This document shows, piece by piece, positions 1 to 12,344 of a stretch of DNA of 64,000 nucleotides; the first letter of the stretch is position 1; every line of letters starts with the position of its first letter. The translations under genes and the position numbers were made by a program. The notes beneath the pieces were generated by a model, which had not been told where the DNA came from, did no database searches, and was given only the letters and a program-made list of their open reading frames with translations. The stretch lies in assembly GCA_951406725.2 (NCBI GenBank), contig OX597825.1, positions 28,272,001 to 28,336,000 of the forward strand. Direction: 5' to 3'. The DNA is from Octopus vulgaris. Taxonomy: Eukaryota.

Positions 1-81
1 TTATTAGCATCCGAAGTTATTTTGAAATCAAGGTTATTCTTAATGCAAATTGTAAAACAATACAATATTACAGTTCTATAT

Positions 82-228
82 TTAAGAGGTGAGGAATTAT
101 GTGCATTATGTACATTATTTGCATTATATACATTTGACGGATATGTAGCGTAGTGATTAAGAGCGTGGACTACTAACCCCAAGATTCCGAGTTCGATTTA
201 AAGCAGTGAACTGAACAACAACAACAAC

Positions 229-266
<38 letters not shown>

Positions 267-430
267 CAACAACAACAACATCGAAAAATACCTTAGGAAT
301 GGGAGCCCAGGTTCGAAATTTCCCTAAGACACCTGATGATGTCTGGAGGGTATATGAGCCGAAACGTTGTGTTAACAGCAAACAACATGAGGACAAATAT
401 CCGTCAAATGTAAATAATGTAAATAATGTA
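82..430 (+). mobile_element. tRNA-headed SINE-like element with a Penelope-type (pLTR-like) 3' part containing a hammerhead motif, preceded by an inverted copy of its own 3' end
   Basis: A-box-like GTAGCGTAGTGATTAAGAGCG and B-box-like GAGTTCGATT at ~145-199; (CAA)/(TAA) linker at 213-280; CTGATGA...GAAACGTT at 333-368. Bases ~111-144 (TACATTATTTGCATTATATACATTTGACGGATAT) are the reverse complement of ~397-430 with 2 mismatches. Confidence 0.65.
328..373 (+). ncRNA. minimal type I hammerhead ribozyme motif (stem II degenerate in this copy)
   Basis: GACAC-CTGATGA-[TGTCTGGAGGGTATATGAGCC]-GAAA-CGT-T-GTGTT: stem I GACAC/GTGTT, both core boxes present, palindromic stem III ACGT. Confidence 0.65.
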
Positions 431-499
431 AAAACATTTTTAATTTCGGATTTTGGTACCGATTTAAAGATTTAGCAATGTCGAGAATATTACTGGCAT

Positions 500-1340
500 A
501 GAGGTACGCCAACGTTCTCGAGGAAAACTCTAGATAACGAACACGTGCTGGTTAGTCTATTATGAGCAACTTCGAGAATATCTAGACCTAACAGTGATTC
601 CGATACAAACAACCGGTTCTAAATATTCACTACAGGCACACAAGTGCCATCAAAGGGGTCAGGCTGAAATGCACCCAAAAGCAATGAAACTGTTCAGTGT
701 GTTCACAGTCCGAGCTTTCTGGAATTGTGGAATTGCGTCGAACAGCTGCTGTCATGGGTTATATAGATCTGGATATCAACCACTGCCATTTTGATAATCA
801 CTTCTTTACCCTCCTTTAACCAGGCAGAGAAGGCAGTTTTCCTCTGTCAGGTGACTGTAGTGAAAGATGTTGCATGGTGGATGGGGTTTAAATGTCTGGG
901 GAGGGGAACTTCATTCAGTAGTAGAGTCTGCATCAACTTCTTCAAATATCACTTGAAAAAAAAAGATGAGAGAGACAGAATGATAGATGTGTTGTTATCT
1001 CAAATGGAAATATTTAAATGTGAGTGCGTGTGATGAAAATGCTAAGTATAGATAACAATGATCTACGTACAAGCCTCTTGGTTGGAGAACAACAGCACAA
1101 GTGGGCTCTTACCCTTGTATTCAGGATTATGTTGGAAGATGGGGTTCCTCAAGAGAACTTAGATACAGGCCCTCCTATATCCGGGGCTGCATCACCATTT
1201 CTACATATTTGTATCCCATGTACATTGTTTTCTTAGTCTCATTTGACTTTGTTTTTTCTTTCTTTCTGAATCCCCAGACATTATCCATACCTTTGTGAAT
1301 GTGTGCTTCATTCATCACCCACTTGGAAAATATCTTTAAA
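500..1340 (+). mobile_element. degraded 3' end of an L1/Tx1-like LINE ORF2
   Basis: Frameshifted ...NETVQ..LELWNCVEQLLS..LPSFNQAEKAVFLCQVTVVKDVAWW..INFFKYHLKKK resembles the region after the zinc knuckle of Tx1/L1 ORF2; a T-rich 3' UTR follows. Confidence 0.4.
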
Positions 1341-1439
1341 AATACGGCTATTATTAAAATAACCATCTATGCATCATATTTAATGCATATCGATAGTCAG
1401 AGTAATTTGAAATTTAGACAATGTATTTACATTAGGTAT

Positions 1440-2135
1440 TATACGCAGATGACCATTTTAATCTAATACCGCTTCTGTTGCATGTTACAGAACCATGCCT
1501 GTACGGGCAAAGACTGAACAGTGGGCAACAATGTGTTCAATACTCTCACGCTTGTTTTCGCAGAGTCTACAGTTTCAGCCTGCCTCATTCTGAATGATAT
1601 TAGCTTGATAGTCCCAAGTGAGGAGACTCTGTTCTTCTGCCGCTAGGATAAATACCTTTGTTTCAACTTTAAAACCAACTCTCAGTAACCACTGATGGAG
1701 TTTTTCCCTATCTGCATGAGCTTCCCCCATCCCATTTGTGATCACTGAATTTTTTCAGCTACTAGTAAGTCATCAGATCTATGTAAAGCAAGCGTTAAAT
1801 CTTGTTAAATATTCCGTAACTGTAATTTGTTTTATTCAGATCGTGGGACAAGGAGTCTCGGTATATTGTCAACATTCTTCTTGTCTTGCTATCCATTTTC
1901 ATCACTTCTTTCTTTTGCCATTTCATAATTTCCGCTCTATACCGAAGTGATGCTATCACCCACGTATTAACGTCTTGGATTTTATTACATCCAGTTAATT
2001 TTGAGCGCAAACCAACCTTAGTCCTCGGAAATCTTCCATCCTCAGTTCTTCATTTTCTTTCTCCATTATCAAATTGAACTCCAGTACAACAAGGTATTTG
2101 TAACTTACCGTCTCAATTTGTCTACTCGAGTTTTT
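1440..2135 (-). mobile_element. degraded R4/Dong-clade non-LTR retrotransposon fragment (post-RT region and CCHC knuckle)
   Basis: ORF 1795-2010 (NKIQDVNTWVIASLRY..W..EVMKMDSKTRRMLT) parallels the better-preserved copies; CRLCENKRESIEHIVAHC on the minus strand at ~1520-1575; abuts (TTA)n. Confidence 0.75.
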
Positions 2136-2139
2136 ATTG

Positions 2140-2154
2140 GTGTTATTATTATTA

Positions 2155-2216
<62 letters not shown>

Positions 2217-2276
2217 GTTGTTGTTGTTGTTGTTGTTATTGTTGTAGCAAAATGACAAAGAAACGATTATTATTAC

Positions 2277-2337
<61 letters not shown>

Positions 2338-2380
2338 ATTATTATTATTATTATTATTATTACTATTTCTTCTTTTTCTT

Positions 2381-2460
<80 letters not shown>

Positions 2461-2560
2461 CATTATTATTATTATTATTATTGTTGTTGTTGTTGTTGTT
2501 GTTGTTATTATTATTACTATTACTATTAATTTTGTTGTTATTATTATTATTATTATTATT
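2140..2560. repeat. compound (TTA)n/(TTG)n/(TTC)n microsatellite
   Basis: Directly visible trinucleotide runs. Confidence 0.95.
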
Positions 2561-2957
2561 ATATGTTTGACTTTTGCTTTGTATTTGTGCAAGTTGACTC
2601 CAAGTCTCACCAAGAGACAACAAGTTGGAAGTGCAAGTTCGTGTTATGCCTAGGGTGCTATATATTTGGTTTTCCAAAAAGTATTGTTCTAGAGAATCTT
2701 TAAGAATGCATAAGAAAATTATGAGTCTGCTTTAAAATTTGAGATTACATAGACAGCATTTTACGTAGGATAGGCGCAGTTCCCATGAGCACTAACTGTT
2801 CCTGATATCTGAGCTAGGTAGGAATCAGCCCATTTTGCTATCATTCCTAGGGCACCTATGACAACAGGTATTGTTTTAGTCCTGAGGTTCCACATTTTGC
2901 CAGTTTCCATTTCAAGGTCTTTATACTTGCTCAGTACTTGGCAGGTCTTGACAGATG
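2561..2957 (-). mobile_element. 5'-truncated R4/Dong element 3' end (RLE C-terminus and 3' UTR)
   Basis: LSKYKDLEMETGKMWNLRTKTIPVVIGALGMIAK is near-identical to the ORF 33997-35466 C-terminus; the shared 3' UTR ends ...AAAGTCAAACAT-(AAT)n. Confidence 0.9.
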
Positions 2958-3018
2958 CCCCAGAAATTAAATGGCAGGTACCAAAATCCGAAATTAAAAA
3001 TGTATTTATGATATTTAC

Positions 3019-3074
<56 letters not shown>

Positions 3075-4087
3075 CACATATTCTGATATTCACGTCATTG
3101 AATTTTTAAATTTCTGAATTCAATTGTGTTGTTGTAATAAAAGGTGTGTTTATGTATTTGGGTAACATATTAAAGTTCTAAAGTTTCTTGAGATGTTCGT
3201 TTGTCTGTCCAGTTGGAGAATACAGTAGGACTTTTGCATTGAAAAGGATGTATACATTTTCGAACACTCAGGGAGAGTCAAAAAGAAAAGAAAACAAGTT
3301 GTAGATAGTAAAGTTTTAAAGATTTACTAAATATGGTCTTTTGTATGAGCGCACAGAGAGAAATGATAGTGTTCTAAGAATAAATGGGAGGATGATGTTT
3401 ACATTTTCGAATACTCGAGGAGAGAGGAAAGGATAAGTCGTCACACATTAGTTGTAGATATTAAATGTTTCTTTTTTAAGCTGATCGTTTGTGTGTTCGA
3501 AAGCTGTAGGTATGTAAGTTTCCTAACTTATTTTGAGGTAGATTTAAAATATTCACAGGAAATGGTAGATATTCCAGTCTTTGGGAATAGTAGGAGGAAA
3601 AGAATATCACTTTGTTGGATTTTTGAATTTCTGAATTTCCTATTCTTTTGGAATTTTTCTTTTCTTTTTAAAAGTTTTTCTGCAGTTTACAGTTTTCGTA
3701 GTTGTGCAGTATGTATATATTGGCAGGTACTTCCTTAATTTTTTAACGTGCATTTAATTGTGTTGTCACAATGAAAGGCTTGTTTACATATTCTGTTAGT
3801 CAAGGAAGAAAGGAAGACAAAGTGTTCACACAACATTTCAGATATTAGAGATATTAAAGATTCTAAATTTTTTTTAAGCGTTTGTTTGTATGTCCAAAGC
3901 TGTAGATATGTAAATTCCTTAACGTAGTTTGATGGAAATTCAAAATCCTCATAGAAAACTGTAGATATTCCAGTCTTTAAGAGTTATTACTTCAGTTGAC
4001 CTGCTGGGTTGTGTTAGTGTTTCTGTGTCTTCAGCTGCAGACAGGTCAGAGCAGTGAAGAGTCATTATTATTATTATTATTATTATT

Positions 4088-4627
4088 GAGTGAGAGAGCA
4101 GTGTATGCCATCAAAGTGACACTGGGGTAAAATATACGAAGCCCAAAATACCCATCATGACTACCCGTCTGATAAAGGTACACCAGGCACATGCATCACA
4201 ACCATATGTGCGCGACATGGTGATCTCATATCAAGATAAACAGCACATGACCTTGCAGGTGGGGCCCAGTTAGAATTTTCTTCAGGTTGAGTAGCCCATC
4301 CCGCTCAAAAGGTCCCTGAATAAGGGTTGTTTAAGGATGTTGAAAGAACCACCCATGTTTCCAGAGGTGAATTATTCAAACCCCAAAGAATCCCTCTCAA
4401 CACATGGCTATGATGCTCCCCCACTACTTCTGCTCGTGATCAGAGATGCACATATCGTCAGCCACTAAGGGACATGCTCAACTGGTTAAGGTCAAACAAC
4501 TGACAAGCAAATCTGTGGTATTGAGCAGAATATTTGCTGTAGCACATCTTTTATACCAAGACAAAATAATGTACATGATAACACTTCCAATCAGTTAAGA
4601 TCAGAAGCCATGGTACTGCATCAGGGC

Positions 4628-4629
<2 letters not shown>
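4088..4629. mobile_element. non-coding interspersed element bounded by (TTA)n on both sides
   Basis: ~540 bp of GC-richer complex sequence with sharp boundaries into TTA runs; no ORF, TIR or tRNA head seen. Confidence 0.55.
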
Positions 4630-4698
<69 letters not shown>

Positions 4699-5010
4699 TA
4701 TGTTTGACTTTTGCTTTATATTTGTACAAGCTGGCTCCAAGTCTCACCCAGAGACCTCAAGATACAACATGTTGGAAGTTCATGTTGTTATGCCTAGTGT
4801 GCCATATATTTGGGGGGTGGGGGTGTTGTACTAATGATTGTCTAAAAAACATTTTTTTTTTAAACCGAAAATTATGTTTGTTTTAAACCTTGAGATTACA
4901 TAGAAAGTATTTTGCGTAGGATATGAGCAGTTCCCATGAGCACTATCTTTTGAATTTAGTATTTTGCGTAGGATATGAGCAGTTCCCATGAGCACTATCT
5001 TTTGAATTTT
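4699..5010 (-). mobile_element. R4/Dong 3'-terminal fragment with a ~52-bp tandem duplication at its 5' end
   Basis: Same 3' UTR as 33820-33996; AGTATTTTGCGTAGGATATGAGCAGTTCCCATGAGCACTATCTTTTGAATTT (KIQKIVLMGTAHILRKIL) occurs twice; TTA flanks. Confidence 0.9.
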
Positions 5011-5022
5011 TATTATTATTAC

Positions 5023-5070
<48 letters not shown>

Positions 5071-5120
5071 TGTTGTTATTTTTATTATCCTCGTCCTCCT
5101 CCTCCTCCTCCTCATCATCA

Positions 5121-5166
<46 letters not shown>

Positions 5167-5185
5167 CATATTATTATCATCATCA

Positions 5186-5223
<38 letters not shown>

Positions 5224-5269
5224 ATTATTATTATTATTATTATTATTATTATCATTATTATTATTATTA

Positions 5270-5318
<49 letters not shown>

Positions 5319-5375
5319 CATCATCATTATTATTATTATTATTATTATTATCATTATTATTATTACTTTTTTTTT

Positions 5376-6885
5376 CTTCTTTCAAATTTACTTCCATTTC
5401 TTGCCGAGTGTCTTCCCGACTCCTAGGGCAAAGAAACTCATAGCATACATTGGTAGGCCATTAAACCAAACTCAGTAGTTCGTTCATTTTTTTTTTTTTT
5501 TTTAAGTTAAATTAAAATACATGAGCAGCAACAGTTCTCACATCGACAATGCTCTTCTCAATACGTGTGATGTACCAGTTAAGACAATCTTTTGCACTTC
5601 TTGCAGGGATGGTGAGCCAGGGATCATTCTCATATAAATTTCAGTTCCCTTCTTGATCATTCCTAGTGCTCCTACGATCACTGGTATTGTAACCGCCTTG
5701 AGATACCACATTTTCTCAATTTCAATGAGTAGGTCTTTATATTTTCTGACCTTTCAAACTCTTTCGCTGAGATATTATGATCACAGGGGATGCTCATGTC
5801 GATCAATAAACAAACTTTATTGTTTTGGTCTTTCACAACAATATCTGGTTTATTGGCCTTGATGGTTCGGTCTATATGTACTAGAAAGTCCCACAGAATG
5901 GTTACATTTTCTCCTTCAGTTACAGCCTCAGGGTAGTGATTATACCACTTGTCGGCAGTTTTGATATTGTAATGCCGACTTATTAGCCAGTGGAGATATT
6001 GGCCAACTCTGTCATGTCTTAATTTATACTCCACTGGTGCTAAGACTTTACATCCAGAGATTAGGTGGTCCACTGTTTCAATCATGTCGTTGCAGAATCG
6101 GCATTTTGGGTCTGCTCCATTTTTCATCACATTGGCCTGGTAGTTCCGGGTTAATAGGCTTTGATCTTGAACAGCCAGGATGAAACCTTCGCTCTCTGCT
6201 TTTAGCCCTGAGCTCCGTAGCCACTGATGGGTTTGCTTCTGGTCAACATCAGCTTGTCTGCTGCGGGTCACATATTTGCCGTGCAGAGGTTTCTCCTCCC
6301 ACCTATCAGCCAATTGCTCGTGCGCTTTCTAAATTGCCATCATTTTCACCTTCTTTGCAACAATAGTTGCCGTACTTCCCTCGGGTTGTTCAGTTTGGGT
6401 ATCCTGCGCGAGATCAATAGCAAATTTTTTGCTTTCCTTTATGATAGAATGAAGCTTCTTTCGTCTCTCGTGATTTTCCACGAGCTTTAGCATCCAGTCA
6501 TTCGATATTTCGAGATATTTGGCCAGTCCAATTGTGGTTGTTTTATAAGCTACTTCAAATTGGATCAGGCCTCGACCTCCTTGGGCTCTGGGAAGGTAAA
6601 GACGATCTACGTCTGCCTTTGGGTGGTGCATCCTATTACAACTCAGCAGCTTGCGTATTTTTCTATCTATATTCTTTACTTCACTCATATTCCAGTTCAA
6701 CACATTGTAGCTATAAGTAACAACTGGAACTGCTAAGGAATTTATAGCTAACACCTTGTTACGTGCATTTAGTTCAGATTTCAGGACTGCACGAACTCTC
6801 CTATAACATTCCTTCCTGATTTTCTCTTTCATGCTTGCATGCTGAATACCAGAGCCTTCATTTATCCCTAAATATTTGTATGTTT
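5376..6885 (-). mobile_element. 5'-truncated R4/Dong-clade retrotransposon, second subfamily (RT C-terminus, CCHC, RLE)
   Basis: ORFs 6329-7021 and 5678-6313: YKYLG, LNARNKVLAINSLAVPV, RLYLPRAQGGRGL, CRFCNDMIETVDHLISGC, RHDRVGQYLHW, KANKPDIVV (PD-D/ExK restriction-like endonuclease); (TTA)n on both sides. Confidence 0.92.
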
Positions 6886-6902
6886 TATTATTATTATTAT
6901 CA

Positions 6903-6979
<77 letters not shown>

Positions 6980-7616
6980 TAGCAAGACTTGGAAAATGCT
7001 TAGCCACATGTCGCCTGACATTACTTTCCACCGAGTTTGACTTTTCTTTTCATCCTTCCAGCTTCCATATTCGAACAGACTGATATCATTTTGGGCTTTT
7101 ATGGATATGTTGAATTAAGTAGTGATCGATGTTTGTGCTGGAATTAATCGACTACAACCTTTACCAAAAATATTTCACCGTCATACATGAATGGCGTTTC
7201 TTCTTTTTTTTTTTTGTATTATGTTATAACGATATTAATTTATTTTTCGGTACTAGTCTTCCACCAAACGAACCTTATCACCAATACCATTAAGCAAAAT
7301 ATATCATATTCTTCATAATCGTGCAACCTATAGTCTATATTAATTCAGTTCATAATAGTTGTCAAACTAATAAATAGAAGCCAAACAACAGTCATAGAAT
7401 TACGTTTCGGTCACAATTCAAATACATACACATTCACTAATCGAAGCAGGAATACATCTTCCGAATTTGATCTTGCTTTTATAGGAGGACGGGGGATTCG
7501 AGAACAGAAGACAAGGCAGTCTTAATGGACGAATTTATGTCCAGATTTTCCAATAATCTAAAAAATATATGTATAAATATCTATATGTGTGTAGGAGTAA
7601 ACCTGAATTCATATAC

Positions 7617-7724
<108 letters not shown>

Positions 7725-7747
7725 GTGTGTGCGTAAATATATATACA

Positions 7748-7925
7748 TAGGGAGAATTCGCAAAAACAAAAGACGAATAAAAGTGGTGTAGACAGCAAAC
7801 AGATGTATTAGTATAACGCTCGGGAAGTGAAGAAGTCTTTAACGTTTCGAGCCTACGCTCTTCCACAGAAAGGAACACAGAAAGAAACAAGGAGAGAAAA
7901 TAAAGAATATGTAGTCGCTAGCGAT
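7748..7925 (-). mobile_element. Penelope-type pLTR fragment with a hammerhead motif at 7837-7872
   Basis: Minus strand reads CTTT-CTGTGGA-A-GAGC(GTAG)GCTC-GAAA-CGT-T-AAAG; core has A6>U; related to 40575-40770; ends in TA repeats. Confidence 0.65.
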
Positions 7926-7961
7926 CTATCATAGACAGATAGACAGATAGATAGATAGATG

Positions 7962-8031
<70 letters not shown>

Positions 8032-8231
8032 GAGACATACAACGTGTGTATGTATGATATATGTATGAACATATTTGTTCGTGCGTGTTGGGATAACATT
8101 GAGATATTCCAACTGTAGTTTAGCTACAGAATGTAGCTTCAACAAACACAATTTCCCCAGTTCAGGGACTAAGTAATGCAGTGTAGTAGAATGTATTTCA
8201 GTGTTTGTGCTCTCCAGTCTTGTACAATGTA

Positions 8232-8799
8232 TTGGGTTGTCCAGAATGTTCGTGCCGATTTATATAGTAGCTTACATTTCGACTTATTTTAGAACATGGT
8301 TGAGTCCATAAAATAGGATTTGACTACATCTCCATTTAGAGCACAGTTTAAACTATCTTCTCGTGGAAGAAGGTTTATGTTCCTATAAACTGTGTTAATT
8401 CTGTAACCCTTTGAAATGGAAGATAAGAAAGTTCATTTTTGGCACTTGATGCTCTGGGAACCAGACAAAAATTGCTGCAGCTTTGCATGGATGTGTTATC
8501 CCACCCTCCATGTTCACCAGATATTGCTCCTTCGGATTTCCACTTATTCAGGTCTCTGCAGAATAGCCTTAATGGTAAAAATTTCAAATCCTTGGATGAC
8601 GTAAAAAGATATCTTGATTAATTCTTTGCCAGGAAACCACCTCAATTCTGGGAAGAGGGTATTTTCAAGTTTAGGGAAAGATGGAGACGCATTGTGCATC
8701 CATATGGTTCATATTTGGTTGATTAAAAATATAATGCCAAGTATTTATCGACCTTTTTCTTTCCTTTAAAAATCGGCACGAACTTTCCGGACAACCCAA
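8232..8799 (+). mobile_element. internally deleted mariner (DD34D-type) transposon
   Basis: TA-flanked TIRs TTGGGTTGTCC..TTCGTGCCGATTT / AAATCGGCACGAACTTTCCGGACAACCCAA; HPPCSPDIAPSDFHLFRSLQNSLNGKNF is the mariner YSPDLAPSD region. Confidence 0.92.
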
Positions 8800-9330
8800 T
8801 ATTATAGCGTTCTATTACTAAGTAGCCAATCAATGAGCGTGGTTCAAATATACATTTTGCTTTGTGTGGACACTAATTCGTGCTTTAAAGCGATAAATAT
8901 TCCAATATTTGCATTGAATTGTCCTTTTCATAACTGTTTAGCACTATATTTGGCACCGTTTAAAAGTAAGGAGTTTAGCAAATTATTTTATTGGCGTTCT
9001 TCCAATTTTCTTGGTGATTTTCTTTTTGTTTTTTTTTTTGTTTTTTTTTGTCAAAGCGTCATTGTTTTCTTTCTTCTCTAAATGTCGATGCCATTTCTAA
9101 AACAATTGCCCAATTAAAGCTGTCTCTTTTTTCCATTTTCGTTTTCTTTGTAATTACAAACATTTACACAGCTAATGTCTCCGAAGCACATAATAAAAGC
9201 AAAATCAGAAAATAAAAAATATTCGCACGAAACGAAAATTAACCGGAAGAGCCACAAGTGTTGATGCTAACATATAATAAGAAAAATACTAAAATAAATC
9301 GAGAAGAAATCAGTAGCAAGGATGAGCATA

Positions 9331-9394
<64 letters not shown>

Positions 9395-10164
9395 TTTTCT
9401 ACCATAAGCGCAATACTACAAACATTACGGGACAGTTATTTCTATCGATTTCAGTACTCGACTGATGTTTATTTTATTGCCGTCTACATGATATAAGGCA
9501 AATGAAAGTAAGGTGGTTAGAAAGAAATGCGACCTAAATAATTAGAATTAAGGTATTTGGTCCCTCGGTTTGATGTCTGAAATAATACAACGCCTCCTTG
9601 TCGGTGAATCATGATATTCTAATAAGCTTATAGTGATACAAGGGTCTATGTATATACCATGTGTATATATAGACGTATATTGAATGCGATTAATTGCAGG
9701 GTCTCTCGAGTGCGGGGATTAAACACCTGCCGTTATTTGTTTTACTGAGGAAAACATTTCGTTGTTTCGGAGTCGATAAATAAAGTATTAGACTAGATTG
9801 TGTGTAGTTCTCTCGCCTTCTCTCTCCCTCTCTTTCACTCTGTCTCTCTCCCTTTTACTTGTTATCTCTCCCATATTCTCCCCCTTTCTCCGTTTTTTTT
9901 TTTTTTTTCACTGTTTCACTCTAATAGATGTTTAAGTTGAAAGATGGGAGATGCGAATCTTGTAACTGTATAAGCAACAAAATACCATTAAAGAAAGTGT
10001 GGCACAGCTTATACCAAATAATTGTCGAACTGAGATTATCAAATTTTTGGCAAGTAACAAACCATAGTTTTAGTGGTCGTCTTATCATTAGCCAGTTTTA
10101 CATTTTTCTTTCAAGTTGCAGCTCAGAGCTGCGGCCATGCTGATGCACCGCCGTTTTAGGATAC

Positions 10165-10410
10165 ACACTTTTTAAAGCCTAGCTAGGCTCATGGGCCCGG
10201 TTTCCTGGTTTTTATGGCGTATGTGTTCCCCAGGTGGACAGGACGCCAGTCCACCGCAGCGTTACTCATTTTTGACAGCTGAGTGGACTGGAGCAACGTG
10301 AAATGAAGTGTTTTGCTCAAGAACACAACGCACTGCTCGATCCAGGAATCGAAACCACAATCTTAAGATCATGGTGCTGACACCCTAACCAATAAGCCAC
10401 GCACCTCCAC
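10165..10410 (-). mobile_element. tRNA-derived SINE (family B, same as 21373-21620)
   Basis: Reverse complement matches 21373-21620: GGAGG.GCGTGGCTTA.TGGTTAG head, GTTTCGATTCC B-box, GAAACC.GGAAACCGGGCCCATGA tail. Confidence 0.8.
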
Positions 10411-10752
10411 TAACCTGTTTATGAATAGTTATGGCTCTGCCGATTTATGACTTTTAAATTCACGATTTCCTAACAACATATTATCATCAATTTTCTTGCA
10501 TAGGTCGAAAGGAATGAATTAACAGAATCGTTAGCAGGTCGAACAAAAAGCATAGTGGTACTTATTTCAGTTTTATGTTCTAAGCTGAAATTCCGTCGAA
10601 GTCGACTTTGCCTTTCATTCTTTCGAGATTGATCAGTAAGTACCAGTTCATTACTGGGGTTTATGTATTCGCCTAGCCCCCTACTGTCTTTGTGCCTATA
10701 ATAGAAGGAATTATTTCGTTATAGACGTTGATATCAATATGAGTAGCGTAGT

Positions 10753-11057
10753 GATCACCGTGACCGATCAGGCTATCAGATGTTATTACACATCGCTGGT
10801 CACAATGCGTTTCACATTGTTTTAGCCTTCAAATGATGCCACCCCGCTGGCTAAGCGGGCAGGCCAACAGAAGAAAGAGTTAGAGAAAGTTGTGACGAAA
10901 GAGTACAGCAGGGATCGCCACCCCGCCCTGCCGGAGCCTCGTGGAGATTTAGGTGTTTTCACTCAATAAACACACACAACGCCCGGTCTGGGAATCGAAA
11001 CCGCGATCCCACGACCGCGAGTCCGCTGCCCTAACAACTGGGCCATTGCGCCGCCAC
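10753..11057 (-). mobile_element. tRNA(Arg)-like SINE (family A head, distinct tail) with TSD
   Basis: Head GGCGCAATGGCCCAGTTGTTAGGGCAGCGGACTCGCGGTCG..GGTTTCGATTCCC; flanking GAGTAGCGTAGT / GAGTAGCGCAGT direct repeat. Confidence 0.85.
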
Positions 11058-11780
11058 GAGTAGCGCAGTAAGACCCTTAATATTCTTTAGCTGATTGTAT
11101 TAATAAATTCGAAATTAAAAATACTTAAATCAAATATGAATATTTAAGCGGTGCCGATATATTTTTTGAATGAATGCTAACTTCGACTTCGGAATTATGA
11201 AACAAAGAGTTCATTGGGGTGAGAATTGAACTTACATCGTTATGATCATTAACTAAATACGGCAGAGCATTCAGTATGAGGAACTAAATATTCTAACGCA
11301 TCGTCAAACATATTAAAGATGAGTTAATATCATTTCCTTTTTCTGTCTTTGAATTCTTACTTTCAGATGAAATCTGCTACTTTCTGTTAATTAACTAAAC
11401 ATCTCTTGTTCTGAAAAAAAAAGAAAAAAAAGGCAAAGCTAACGAAAAGCAAACACAGCAGTGTAACACAGTTTCGTGTAAAGAAAAAATATTAATAGCT
11501 GACGTTTGATGTGCTTCAGAACTTGGCAAATGAAGTTACTTCCTCTTCTGTGAGAATTCAAATTATATACGAACTTTTATATGTGCATCTATAGTCAAAC
11601 AAAAACACATACTTACACACACAAGTACATGTATTCCTATATGCAAATATGTTATTATACTTGTGTGTTTAAGTGTATATGTGTGTGTGCGAGAGAGAGA
11701 GAGCACATGTAAATATGTATTTATAAATACATACTGACAGAGTGATATCTGTACGTATATATGTGTGTGTAATTATATGT

Positions 11781-11842
<62 letters not shown>

Positions 11843-11866
11843 TGTATATATATATATGTATGTATG

Positions 11867-11927
<61 letters not shown>

Positions 11928-12000
11928 ATATATATATATATATGTATGTATATATATATGTATGTATGTATATGTATGTATATATATATGTGTATGTATG

Positions 12001-12035
<35 letters not shown>

Positions 12036-12052
12036 ATATATATATATATATG

Positions 12053-12191
<139 letters not shown>

Positions 12192-12344
12192 ATGATATTT
12201 AGAAGACCCAAAGAGCGGCAGGTAATGCTAAGAAAGTGCTAAGGACAGACCATAGTGAAACTCTTGGTTCGATTGTGATATGTGTGGGTCTTGCATTAGC
12301 CTGCGTATATAATGTGTGTGTATATATATATATATATGTATGTA

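Noticed and set aside
145-200. tRNA gene calls for SINE heads (also 13772, 21373, 60229)
   Set aside because: No complete cloverleaf or acceptor stem, and each continues into a repeat body.
4590-4630. Resemblance of GGTACTGCA to the U2 snRNA 3' stem-loop or an HDV-like ribozyme
   Set aside because: The match is too short, and no Sm site, branch-pairing region or nested pseudoknot could be built.
12205-12247. HHR-like GCA-GGTAA-TGC..GAAAGTGCTA-AGGAC
   Set aside because: The core box reads CCAAAGA and stem I is broken; too degenerate to call.
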